A stretch of DNA of 64,000 bases from Alphaproteobacteria bacterium (GCA_965205265.1 CBDBGH010000003.1:2464001-2528000), one strand, 5' to 3'. Counted from the stretch's first letter, positions 11,601-19,503 are shown. Notes: generated from the sequence alone by a model not told the origin. Numbers and translations: made by a program.

Positions 11601-12217
11601 TCCGGCGCTTTGAGGCCGGCACCGACACCGCAGCAGCGAACGCAATCGCCGCTTGCTTCGCGAAGAAAGGCGACCTGCTTGCCCAATTGGACAGGACCGA
11701 TGAGGCGGTCGCGGCCTGGAAGGAGGCGGTGCGGCGCTTTGGGGCCAGCGACGCGCCGGCGCTGCGCCAAACCGCCGATACGGCCCTGATCGGACTCGCC
11801 GGGCATGAGTTGAAGCAGGGGAACGCCGGGGCGGCCGTGGAGGCCGCAGACCGGGTTCTGCAACATGAGAAAGGAACGCCGGACAGCCGGTGGCGCGCCC
11901 TCTTCGTCCGCGCCTTGGCCCATCTTAAGGAAGGAGACAGAGCCGCATGCGCCCTCGACATCGAGGCGGGACTGGAGGTCCTTCCCGGCCTCGACATTCT
12001 CCCGAAGGATGCCCTGGACGCCCTGTCGGACATCGCTCTGGTATTCGGCCTGGCCGAAACGGGCGATCTCATCCGCAAGTCGCCAGCCTCCGACCTGCTG
12101 CTTCCCCTGACAACGGCCTTTGAGTTGGAACTGGGCCTGGAGCCGCGCGTGGCGAAGGAAGTCGAGGAAGTTGCCGAAGACATCCGGCGGGATTTGCGGG
12201 AGCGGCAAGGAAATTGA
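8615..12217 (+). CDS. STAND-type NTPase with wHTH and a long TPR-like repeat array (~1200 aa)
   Basis: Walker A GPRGSGKT, atypical Walker B LFVENL, TGGSPRL, wHTH (AREIADRARL), then many ~44-aa EEALAxxDEVxxRFG...ALxNKG repeats; ATGA coupled to upstream ORF. Confidence 0.88.
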   Translation: MTARKYNPGFLSDDELVATFCVRTREFASIVETLGECDGNSNTHQIVIGPRGSGKTSLLLRVAAEIDRDAGLASRFFPVVFAEESYEVSTVGEFWLECLSRLADRAPQREDGPDLRRSFEELRAVRDDRALGDRCLGALQDFADREGKRLVLFVENLNMMFRDMADKDAGWKLRHTLQTEPRIVLLASATSRFDEMDSPDKAFYDLFRVLFLRPLDTGDCATLWQQVSGQSRAPQTIQALRILTGGSPRLLTIVARFGAKLSFRELMADLLNLVDDHTEYFKSHLDALPAQERRVYLALAALWKPATAREIADRARLDTSKCSAQLARLIDRGAVETTGGSPRRKFYYLAERLYNIYYLMRRARGPAPLIEALVRFMEGYYSADELKEFGARIAREALETDGKDLPHYRTAFQQLVRLPSLSAYRDELLSLTPAAFGFGEEGSGYSAADGRPVSARELFENGHALAEGGRLKEAVAAWKDLVRRFGESEAVDDRNRVSLALVNMGTALGRLNRFEEALAAWDDVVRRFGGNREPAIPNAVATALLKTAFLHTEENRPLEALAACDEVLLRFRETRIESLQSLLANALIGKTVALMALNRPNEALAACDELLGRFGASAAPEFLGSIAAAMAGRGSALLALGRLDAAAAAWSRVAEHFGSSEIPEAIDHVAMALGNKASALAGLGRPEEALAICEEVLHRYTDDRRPTRREPTAAALLHKGNALGLLGRQEEALAAWSECAQRFGSEPNEQVPVALALMSTGMTLLQTDRPEEALPVWGDIVQRFGTSDQPQIRAVIVKAFTQMGTLLEHLARHEEALAVWEDAEQRYGTGVEPEFLELVAGSLVNRGATLIELGRLEEALAVFDRAVHQFETSEAPEIVYSVAAALHNKGSVLNMLNRAEEAVAVWNELISRYGNSNEPSILKQVAGAVVGKGAALAGMGRMEEALTACDEVLHRFGADAGPTYIEEMWTALSNKITVLAFLNRPEEALAVCEEGVRRFEAGTDTAAANAIAACFAKKGDLLAQLDRTDEAVAAWKEAVRRFGASDAPALRQTADTALIGLAGHELKQGNAGAAVEAADRVLQHEKGTPDSRWRALFVRALAHLKEGDRAACALDIEAGLEVLPGLDILPKDALDALSDIALVFGLAETGDLIRKSPASDLLLPLTTAFELELGLEPRVAKEVEEVAEDIRRDLRERQGN

Positions 12218-12328
12218 GTTGCTGTCCGGCGCCCTTTCCGTCGGCAACCCCGCTTTCCGTTGTTCTCCGGCGGTGCAACATTCTGCGGGTTGGGCGGGGC
12301 GCGGCCCCTGCCACCCGGCCCGCAGGCC

Positions 12329-12357
12329 TTGCCACCGCCCCGCGGCCGCTATAGGGT
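12329..12357 (+). promoter_or_regulatory. Putative sigma70 promoter for the argD leader
   Basis: TTGCCA-N17-TAGGGT; predicted +1 falls at or just before the leader ATG at 12366. Confidence 0.5.
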
Positions 12358-12365
12358 CCGCCGCC

Positions 12366-12416
12366 ATGAGCCCACGGACCTGCATCTGCGTTTCCCGACG
12401 CCGCGCCTGCGTGTAG
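12366..12416 (+). CDS. Putative 16-aa leader peptide [16 protein letters not shown]
   Basis: Short ORF with tandem Arg codons CGA-CGC-CGC upstream of argD, embedded in alternative RNA hairpins. Confidence 0.6.
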   Translation: MSPRTCICVSRRRACV

Positions 12417-12491
12417 GCGGTCGCGGGCTCGTTCACTAAGCACCACAATCCAGACAGCCGCGACTGCCGCCGGGAGGCGGGGTCCCTTTTG
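12394..12491 (+). promoter_or_regulatory. Putative transcription attenuator (protector / antiterminator / terminator)
   Basis: GGCGGTCGCGGGCT (12416-12429) pairs with AGCCGCGACTGCC (12456-12468), which overlaps hairpin CCGCC-GGGA-GGCGG (12467-12480) followed by TTTT. Confidence 0.6.
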
Positions 12492-12531
12492 CTGTCCTTG
12501 TCCTCGGCGCCCGAGCGGGAAGGACAGGACC

Positions 12532-13737
12532 ATGACGACACTCGCAGAGCCGCAGGCGGAAAACGCGGCGCACGACCCCTATAGGGCCCTGATGGAAATC
12601 ACCCGGCGGCCCGCCATCACCTTCACGCACGGGCGGGGCGGGCTGCTCTGGGACAGCGAGGGCAACCGCTATCTGGACTTCATCCAAGGCTGGGCGGTGA
12701 ACTGCCTCGGGCATAGCCCCCCGGCCGTCGCCCGCGCGCTGGCGGAGCAGTCGGCCCGGCTGCTCAACTGCAGCCCCGCCTATTACAGCGAGCCGATGAT
12801 GCGCTATGCGAATGCGCTGACGGCGGCGGCGGGCCTGGAGCGGGTCTTCTTCGCCAATAGCGGCGCGGAGGCGAATGAGGGCGCCATAAAGCTCGCGCGG
12901 AAATGGGGCGCGAAGCACCGCGGCGGCACCTATGAGATCGTCACCACCGTCGGCGGCTTCCACGGCCGGACGCTCGCCACCATGTCCGCATCGGGCAAGG
13001 CGGGCTGGGACGGGCTGTTCGAACCGAAGGTGGCCGGGTTCCCGAAAGTGCCGTTGAACGACCTGGCGGCCGTCGAGGCCGCGGTCGGGGACCGGACCGC
13101 CGCCGTCATGCTGGAGCCGATCCAGGGCGAGTCCGGCGTGTGGCCCGCGGATGACGGCTATCTGAGGTCCCTGCGCGCCCTGGCCGACCGGCGGGGCATC
13201 CTGCTGATCCTCGACGAGATCCAGACCGGCATGGGCCGGACCGGAAGCCTGTTCTGCTTCGAGCATGCCGGCGTCCGCCCGGACATCGTGACGCTCGGCA
13301 AGGGGATCGGGGCCGGAACTCCTCTCGCGGCGCTGCTCGCGCGCGAGGAAGTCTGCTGTTTCGAGCCGGGCGACCAGGGCGGCACCTATAACGGCAATGC
13401 GCTGATGGCCGCGGTCGGCCATGCGGTGCTCGAAGAGCTCACTGCGGACGGCTTCCTCGAGCGCGTCTGCGAGGCCGGGGCGGCGCTGCGGCGCGGCTTG
13501 GAGAGCCTCAGCGGGAAATACGGCCTCGGCGGCGTGCGCGGCAGGGGGCTGCTGCTTGCCCTCGACCTGACGCCGCGTTCCGACGGGTTCGCCCTCGTCG
13601 AGAAGGCGCTGGCGAAGGGACTGCTGCTCAACGCCCCCGCCCCCGACGCGCTCCGCTTCGTGCCGGCGCTCAACGTTACCGATGCGGAAATCGCCGAGAT
13701 GCTGGATGTGCTGGACGGCTTGCTGGAAGGCCGGTAG
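12532..13737 (+). CDS. argD: Acetylornithine aminotransferase (class III PLP)
   Basis: [61 protein letters not shown]. Confidence 0.9.
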   Translation: MTTLAEPQAENAAHDPYRALMEITRRPAITFTHGRGGLLWDSEGNRYLDFIQGWAVNCLGHSPPAVARALAEQSARLLNCSPAYYSEPMMRYANALTAAAGLERVFFANSGAEANEGAIKLARKWGAKHRGGTYEIVTTVGGFHGRTLATMSASGKAGWDGLFEPKVAGFPKVPLNDLAAVEAAVGDRTAAVMLEPIQGESGVWPADDGYLRSLRALADRRGILLILDEIQTGMGRTGSLFCFEHAGVRPDIVTLGKGIGAGTPLAALLAREEVCCFEPGDQGGTYNGNALMAAVGHAVLEELTADGFLERVCEAGAALRRGLESLSGKYGLGGVRGRGLLLALDLTPRSDGFALVEKALAKGLLLNAPAPDALRFVPALNVTDAEIAEMLDVLDGLLEGR

Positions 13738-13826
13738 CCGGCGGTGCGGCGGGTGCGGCGGCAGAGGCGGCAAGACAAACAGTTCGCTTATTCGCTTCAC
13801 CGCTGCGATTGCCTTTGCTAACCTAG

Positions 13827-14013
13827 ACTTCCTCTTAGCTGGGTGCTCTCGAATGACTCGACTTGAGGTCACTCTATGCCGGGTGTTTAGCCAGGCTGCA
13901 TGCAATTGCGCGAGTTTGGGCGCCGACTTGGCCGAGCCAAGGCGCACCCGGCTCCGCTCGGGCCCGCCTTGGCTCGGCCAAGTCGGCTTCGCTAGGTAAG
14001 AGGCAGAGGAAGT
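13827..14013 (+). ncRNA. Retron msr-msd non-coding RNA
   Basis: a1 ACTTCCTCTTA then G13838 (TTAG branch context); a2 TAAGAGG..AAGT at 13997-14013; perfect 23-bp msd stem 13922-13944 / 13965-13987; small msr hairpin 13854-13871; directly upstream of effector and RT. Confidence 0.85.
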
Positions 14014-14926
14014 GGACCATCCGCTTCTCAGCGCGGACCAAGCCGCGCTACGCCGGCGGTTGGTCCACTTCCTCAAAACTGCCCTTTCTGTCCAGCGCTC
14101 CAGCAATATCATATTTTTGTGTGGGGGCACCAACTCCAACGATTTGCGAATGACCTTTAAGGAGTACTGCCAAAACCATCTACAAGAATATCAAATTTTT
14201 CTGCCTGAGGCAGCTATGACGCCCCTCTTCTCTGACGACCTACAAGAACCTTTTGATCTCACAGATTTTGAGGTCCTTGTTGGCCGAATATCGCTAGCCA
14301 TCGTTCTCTTTCCTGAAGCCGCTGGCTCCTATGCTGAAACCGGTTATTTTTCTGCAATTCCAGCTCTCGCTCAAAAATGCATCCTTGTTTTGGATCGAAA
14401 ATACCAATCTGACGACAGCTTCTTGTCACTTGGCCCTGCAAAAAAAATCTCCGAACAGTCGATCTTTCATCCGAACATCACTCTCGATTACTGTCAACCA
14501 GACTTTGAAACAATAACCACCAGACTACGTTCTCGAAAACTTTCTAAGAAACGTAAATCTTTGCAAATTGACAAATTTTCTGATTTGTCCGAATACGAAA
14601 TCATTGTTGTGTTAGATATGATTGTAAGGCTTTGTAAAATTGCAACTCTATCAGATATAAATTACTTGCTAGCCGCGATTTTCAAAAATAGATTTTCACA
14701 ATCAAAAATTCAGAAACTTTTGTCGATTTTAGTTGGCTCAAATTATCTTCAAGAGATTGGTCCATATGGTCACTTTACCAGTGGTAACGACAAGCTATCT
14801 CTCGCGATTGTTCGGGAAGGTTTCAAAAATGACGAACAAGAATTGCGATTGTCATTAACAACAATTTGCCAAAAGGCAGAGCCGGATTTTGTGAATCTAA
14901 TTAGGGCACCGACCTATGTTGATTGA
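14012..14926 (+). CDS. Retron effector, nucleoside deoxyribosyltransferase-like (Ec73/St85 type) with probable C-terminal wHTH
   Basis: IIFLCGG, DLTDFE, IVLFPEAAGSYAETGYF, SFLSLGP; low GC; overlaps RT start. Confidence 0.85.
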   Translation: MDHPLLSADQAALRRRLVHFLKTALSVQRSSNIIFLCGGTNSNDLRMTFKEYCQNHLQEYQIFLPEAAMTPLFSDDLQEPFDLTDFEVLVGRISLAIVLFPEAAGSYAETGYFSAIPALAQKCILVLDRKYQSDDSFLSLGPAKKISEQSIFHPNITLDYCQPDFETITTRLRSRKLSKKRKSLQIDKFSDLSEYEIIVVLDMIVRLCKIATLSDINYLLAAIFKNRFSQSKIQKLLSILVGSNYLQEIGPYGHFTSGNDKLSLAIVREGFKNDEQELRLSLTTICQKAEPDFVNLIRAPTYVD

Positions 14927-15851
14927 AGATCTTCAAATTCAGTCAGGACTTTCACGCCAGCAATTACTCTATCTGTCCAACACGGCATCAAAGAGATATA
15001 AATCTTATACGATTCAGAAACGCAATGGAGGATCGCGAACGATTCACCATCCTAGTAGGACGCTAAAGGCAATTCAGCGATGGCTTAATTTGGTTCTAAT
15101 TTCTAACCTGCCAGTACATGATAGCGCAACTGCATACAGGAAAGGACAAAGCATTCGATCGAATGCCATGATGCATGCGAAAACACGGTTCACATTGCGA
15201 ATGGACTTCAGAGAATTTTTTCCATCCTTTTGCGTCCATCATGTCCGAGAATTTATCGAAAGGAAAGGATCGGAAATCGGTTGGGAATTAAGTGACGATG
15301 ATTTAGAATTTGTAGCGAAAATAAGTACCAGATTTGATTTTTTAACTATAGGAGCCCCATCATCACCGACCTTGACTAATGCGATGATGTATGGATTTGA
15401 TTATCGTGTGTCGGATTGGGCAGATGCAGAAGGATTGATTTATACTCGATACGCTGATGATCTGTTTATTTCGTCTCGAAGACCTAACAAATTAGCGGCA
15501 GCGCGGGATAGAATATTGGAAGAAAGTGCACAATTTAAATACGCAAAACTAATCATAAATGACAAGAAAACAGCATACTTGTCGCGGCGATATCGACGAA
15601 CAATTACTGGCTTGGTTGTAACACCGGGGGAGCGAGTATCCATTGGACGGGGACGTAAGCGCGAAATAAAAAGTATGGTTCACAGGTTTATGGCAGGGTC
15701 GATGACAATCGGAGAAATAGACAAGTTGCGCGGACTAGTCGGGTATTCTAAGGGAGTGGAACCAAGCTTTTATGATTCTGTTTGTGTCAAGTATGGGAAA
15801 TCGGTGTTAGAGAAGGTGCTCAAGGGAGATTTGGAGGCGAAGCGCGTTTAG
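14916..15851 (+). CDS. Retron reverse transcriptase
   Basis: NAMMH (retron NAxxH), MDFREFFPS, GAPSSPTLTN, YTRYADDL, ITGLVV (VTG-like); 311 aa with no maturase domain. Confidence 0.93.
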   Translation: MLIEDLQIQSGLSRQQLLYLSNTASKRYKSYTIQKRNGGSRTIHHPSRTLKAIQRWLNLVLISNLPVHDSATAYRKGQSIRSNAMMHAKTRFTLRMDFREFFPSFCVHHVREFIERKGSEIGWELSDDDLEFVAKISTRFDFLTIGAPSSPTLTNAMMYGFDYRVSDWADAEGLIYTRYADDLFISSRRPNKLAAARDRILEESAQFKYAKLIINDKKTAYLSRRYRRTITGLVVTPGERVSIGRGRKREIKSMVHRFMAGSMTIGEIDKLRGLVGYSKGVEPSFYDSVCVKYGKSVLEKVLKGDLEAKRV

Positions 15852-15884
15852 CAGAGAAAACGAAAGACAAGCTCACTTTCGAGA

Positions 15885-16098
15885 ATGCGGCGGTCTGCTC
15901 AGGACCGGCATGGCCGCCGACATCGTGGTGTTCGACGAGGCGGCGGTGAAGCCCTGCCTGCCGACGGTGGAACACGACCTGCCCGGCGGCGAGCACCGGC
16001 TGGTGCAGAAGGCCGAGGGCATCGACGCCACCATCGTCAACGGCGAGAGCACCGGTGCCGTTCCGGGCGGAGTCATAAGGGGCCCGCTCGCGGCTTAG
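15885..16098 (+). pseudogene. C-terminal remnant of an N-acyl-D-amino-acid deacylase/amidohydrolase
   Basis: GMAADIVVFD...DLPGGEHRLVQKAEGIDATIVNG...PGGVIRG; 5' part absent, GC content jumps at the retron boundary. Confidence 0.65.
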
Positions 16099-16130
16099 CG
16101 GCGTCCCCTCCTCCGGCCTGTCCGAGCGGA

Positions 16131-16358
16131 CTAACCGTCCCCCTCCGCGATATCCGTCTTCAGCGCCCGTTTCACGCCCTCGCTGCGGCTGTGGATCGGG
16201 GCGAACTGGCCGTTCAGGCGGAGGAACTGGTTCAGTTGGTTGCCGAAACCGAGCGCGCCGTGCAGCGCCATGTCCTCCGCCAGCCGGCAGGTGGTCCTGG
16301 TGCGCCGGACGGCCTAGGGCACGCGGCCGGTCAGCGTGCCGAAGAACACCGCCATCGC
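16131..16358 (-). pseudogene. Degenerate copy of the 3' end of the enoyl-CoA hydratase at 17133-17948
   Basis: 16144-16358 aligns colinearly with 17158-17372 (offset 1014 nt); Trp codon TGG changed to TAG. Confidence 0.85.
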
Positions 16359-16379
16359 TTTGGAGAATCTGCTTAACCA

Positions 16380-16395
16380 AGCCTTGACCAAGGCT
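16380..16395. promoter_or_regulatory. Palindrome upstream of the Phd/VapC pair, probable autorepression operator
   Basis: AGCCTTG-AC-CAAGGCT. Confidence 0.45.
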
Positions 16396-16448
16396 GTAAT
16401 GGCGGTTATCTGCGGGCGGACACGGACATGCGGACAGGAACAGGGTCC

Positions 16449-16682
16449 ATGCCTCCCACCTTCAATATCGGCGATGCCAAGACGCGGTTGTCGCATCTGA
16501 TCGCCCAGGCCGAGGAAGGCCGGGATGTCGTCATCGCGCGCAACGGCGTGCCGGCAGCCCGCATTGTGCCGATACGGGAACCGGTCGCCCGCACCGTCGA
16601 ACTGTTGAGGCAGGAACGGAAGGAGCGCCCCGCCGTCTCCGCCGAGGAGATTCGCGCCGCCAGGGACGAGGGCCGCGCCTGA
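16449..16682 (+). CDS. Phd/YefM-family antitoxin
   Basis: FNIGDAKTRLSHLIAQAEEGRDVVIARNGVPAARIVP; ends EEIRAARDEGR. Confidence 0.88.
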   Translation: MPPTFNIGDAKTRLSHLIAQAEEGRDVVIARNGVPAARIVPIREPVARTVELLRQERKERPAVSAEEIRAARDEGRA

Positions 16683-17083
16683 TGGCTGTCGTTATCGACG
16701 CCTCCATCGCGGCGGCATGGTGCTTCCCCGACGAGCGGGCGCAGGCGGCCGAGCAAGTTCTGGATATGCTGCCGCAAACCGGAGGCGTCGTTCCCGGACT
16801 CTTCCGGCATGAAATCCGCAATATACTGATCGTGAACGAACGCCGCGGCCGTATCGACCGCACCCAAAGCCTGCGGTTCCTGACACGTTTGCGGAGCCTG
16901 CAACTGGTGCAGGACGATTCTCATGACGAAGACACGGTCCTCGCGCTCGCCCGCAATCGCCGCCTGTCCGCCTACGACGCTTCCTATCTGGAGACCGCGT
17001 TGCGCCGGGGCGACAGCCTTGCGACGCTCGATCGCGCCCTTGCCCGCGCGGCCTCCGCCGAAGGTGTAACCGTCATCGCCTGA
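16682..17083 (+). CDS. vapC: VapC PIN-domain toxin
   Basis: VVIDASIAAAW..DE, EIRN, LSAYDASYLE, LATLDRAL; TGATG coupling. Confidence 0.9.
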   Translation: MAVVIDASIAAAWCFPDERAQAAEQVLDMLPQTGGVVPGLFRHEIRNILIVNERRGRIDRTQSLRFLTRLRSLQLVQDDSHDEDTVLALARNRRLSAYDASYLETALRRGDSLATLDRALARAASAEGVTVIA

Positions 17084-17132
17084 ACGGGCCTCGCTCCGAC
17101 ACGGCGCCGGGCGGCCTCCTTCCTGCGGCGGC

Positions 17133-17948
17133 TTACCCGCCTTCCACCGCCTCCTCATCCGCAATATCCGTCTTGAGGGCCTGTTTCACGCCCTCGCTGC
17201 GGCTGTGGATCGGCGCGATCTGGCCGTTCAGGCGGAGGAGCTGGTTCAGCTGGTTGCCGAAATTGAGCGCGCCGTGCAGCGCCATGTCCTCGGCGAGGCG
17301 GTAGGTCGTCTTGGTGCGCCGGACCGCCCAGGGCGCGCGGTCCGCGAGCGTGCCGACGAAGGCGGCCACCGCCCCGGCCAGCCCGCCCGGCTCCGCCAGC
17401 CGGTTCACCAGGCCGAACTCGCGATACTGCTCGGCGGTGTAGAGGTCGCCGGTCATGGCGATCTCCAGCCCCCGGCGCCGCCCGATCTGGCGCGTGAGCA
17501 GCGCGATGTTCATGGCGGCCGGGAAGCCGTAGGCCATCTCCACATTGCCGAACCGCGCGCCGCGCTCGGCCACGACGAAATCGCAGGCGAGCGACATGGC
17601 CTGCCCGCCGCCGAGCGCCATGCCGTGCACAGCCGCAATCGTCGGCTTCGGCGATTCGATCAGCAGCGAGAGCGCCTCCAGGAAGATGTCCACCGCCGCG
17701 TCCACGGACATGTCCTGGAGAATGGCGGCCTCCTCGAATTCGGAGGCGTCGCGACCGGAGGTGAAGCAGTCGCCCGCGCCCCGGACGACGATGGCGCGCA
17801 CCTCGTCATCCGCAATGGCGCTGCGCACGGCCGCTGCGAACGCTGCCAGCAGCGCGTCGTTCATCGCGTTCTTCTTCTCCGGGCGGTTGAGCGTCAGCAC
17901 GGCGGCGCGGCCCTCTTGCGAGACGAGCACGAGCGGTCGGTCCGGCAT
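17133..17948 (-). CDS. Enoyl-CoA hydratase/isomerase family protein
   Basis: LTLNRPEKKNAM, FTSGRD, KPTIAAVHGMALGGG, ACDF. Confidence 0.9.
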   Translation of the reverse strand: MPDRPLVLVSQEGRAAVLTLNRPEKKNAMNDALLAAFAAAVRSAIADDEVRAIVVRGAGDCFTSGRDASEFEEAAILQDMSVDAAVDIFLEALSLLIESPKPTIAAVHGMALGGGQAMSLACDFVVAERGARFGNVEMAYGFPAAMNIALLTRQIGRRRGLEIAMTGDLYTAEQYREFGLVNRLAEPGGLAGAVAAFVGTLADRAPWAVRRTKTTYRLAEDMALHGALNFGNQLNQLLRLNGQIAPIHSRSEGVKQALKTDIADEEAVEGG

Positions 17949-17998
17949 GAAACAAGCTCCTCGGGTTCCGGGCAGTCCGGCGGGCGGTGGGCTTCGCT

Positions 17999-18304
17999 TT
18001 AACCCGACGCGCGCAGCCGGTCATCGGTATCGAGCGTAGGCAGGCGGGCAATCTCCACTCCGCTCTTTCGCTCCGCCAGCCGCAATTCGTAGAGCTTTTG
18101 AAGGTTCAGCCAGAACTCGCCGGACGTCCCAAAGAAACGGCCCAGGCGCAGCGCCGTGTCCCCGGTGACGGCGCGGCGCCCGTTCAGGATTTCGGTAATC
18201 CGGTTTACCGGAACCTCAATCCGCCGGGCCAGTTCGGCCGCGCTCATGCCCAGCGCATCGAGGTCCTCCCTCAGGGTCTCGCCCGGATGGATGGGGTCAC
18301 GCAT
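17999..18304 (-). CDS. higA: HigA antitoxin (XRE HTH)
   Basis: PIHPGETLRE, NRITEILNGRRAVTGDTALRLGRFFGTSGEFWLNLQ. Confidence 0.92.
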   Translation of the reverse strand: MRDPIHPGETLREDLDALGMSAAELARRIEVPVNRITEILNGRRAVTGDTALRLGRFFGTSGEFWLNLQKLYELRLAERKSGVEIARLPTLDTDDRLRASG

Positions 18305-18321
18305 CGCGATGAGCCTCCTCG

Positions 18322-18603
18322 TCAGTGGTAATCGACAATTTCCACGTCTGTCGGGCCGGAGCTTCCATCCGGCCACCTAAAGCAAATCCGCCACTGGTCA
18401 TTGATCCGTATACTCCATTGCCCCCGTCGCCGGCCTCTCAGGGCTTCGAGTCGATTGCCCGGCCGCGCCAGGTCGCGCAGACCGGTCGCTGCATCGAGTT
18501 GGTCCAGCTTGCGCGAGGCGGTGCGCGCAAAGCCGGAAAAGGCCGGAACCCTGCGGCCCCGGTAGAACGCTTCCGTCCTCTTGTCCCCGAAGCCAACGAT
18601 CAA
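18322..18603 (-). CDS. higB: HigB toxin (RelE/ParE family)
   Basis: PGNRLEALRG, QWSIRINDQWRICF, ends VEIVDYH; toxin precedes antitoxin. Confidence 0.92.
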   Translation of the reverse strand: MIVGFGDKRTEAFYRGRRVPAFSGFARTASRKLDQLDAATGLRDLARPGNRLEALRGRRRGQWSIRINDQWRICFRWPDGSSGPTDVEIVDYH

Positions 18604-18655
18604 TGCGCTTCCAGCCGGGCTACCGCCAACCCGACGACCTTAGGTGCTCGATCCG

Positions 18656-18674
18656 CATTACGTCAAGCGTAATG
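18656..18674. promoter_or_regulatory. Probable HigA operator palindrome
   Basis: CATTACG-TCAAG-CGTAATG upstream of higB. Confidence 0.55.
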
Positions 18675-18729
18675 GCTTGTCATCCCGACTCGCGCTGCCC
18701 GGCGGCTGTAGCCCGAACCTTGCAGGCGT

Positions 18730-19503
18730 TCACGCCGTCCAAATGTCCCGGCTTCGGAACACCCGCTTCAGGAGCTCCGCCTCGTCGGTCATGATCCCGT
18801 CCACGCCGAGATCGAGCAGGCGGTTCATCTCCGCTTCCCCGTTGATGGTCCAGGCATGCACCGGCAGCCCGCGGGCGTGCGCGGCCGCCATGAACGCGCG
18901 GTCGATGACCGGAACGCCGTAGCGGTGCGTCGGGACCTGCACGCAATCGGCCGCAAAGCCGCCGGGAGGCAGGCCGCGGCCGGCCAGCCAGAGACGGACG
19001 GCTTCGGCCGTGCCCATGGACGTGCAGAGCCGGTCGCCGGCCGCCGCCCGGATGCGGCGAAGACGCCGGCTGGATGACGAGCCCACGCAAACCCGGTCCC
19101 ACGCGCCGGTGTCCCGGAGAACATCGAGCAGGGGTCCGGCGGCGCTGTCCTGCTTCGGGTCTATGTTGACCCTGAGCCACTCCCAGGTCGTCAACAGCTC
19201 CTCGAGGCGCGGAATCGGTTCCCGTCCGCAGACGCGGACGCGGCGAAGCTCCGGCCAGTTCATCTCCGAGAGGGCGCCGCGCCTGTCCGTGAGGCGGTCC
19301 AGGCGGCTGTCGTGAAACACGACCGGGACGTTGTCGGCGGTGGCGTGAACGTCGGTCTCGACAATCCGGTAGCCGAGCTCGACCGCGGCGGCGAAGGCGG
19401 CCATCGTGTTTTCGGGATAGCGGGCGGAGTATCCGCGATGCGCGATGGCCGCCGGCAGCGGATGGCCGGGATGGCGGAGAAACGGATGCAGGTCGCGCGT
19501 CAT
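18730..19503 (-). CDS. Glycerophosphodiester phosphodiesterase
   Basis: IAHRG, PENTMAAF, VETDV, HDSRLDR, HAWTIN, GVDGIMTD. Confidence 0.92.
   Translation of the reverse strand: MTRDLHPFLRHPGHPLPAAIAHRGYSARYPENTMAAFAAAVELGYRIVETDVHATADNVPVVFHDSRLDRLTDRRGALSEMNWPELRRVRVCGREPIPRLEELLTTWEWLRVNIDPKQDSAAGPLLDVLRDTGAWDRVCVGSSSSRRLRRIRAAAGDRLCTSMGTAEAVRLWLAGRGLPPGGFAADCVQVPTHRYGVPVIDRAFMAAAHARGLPVHAWTINGEAEMNRLLDLGVDGIMTDEAELLKRVFRSRDIWTA

Noticed and set aside
14916-15851. Group II intron RT
   Set aside because: Only 311 aa, with no maturase or endonuclease extension and no domain V/VI-like sequence seen downstream.
14916-17372. RT plus a nearby pair of diverged repeats read as a diversity-generating retroelement (TR/VR)
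   Set aside because: Mismatches between 16144-16358 and 17158-17372 include many C/G changes and are not confined to adenines. The RT has retron motifs and an msr-msd, and there is no Avd-like gene.
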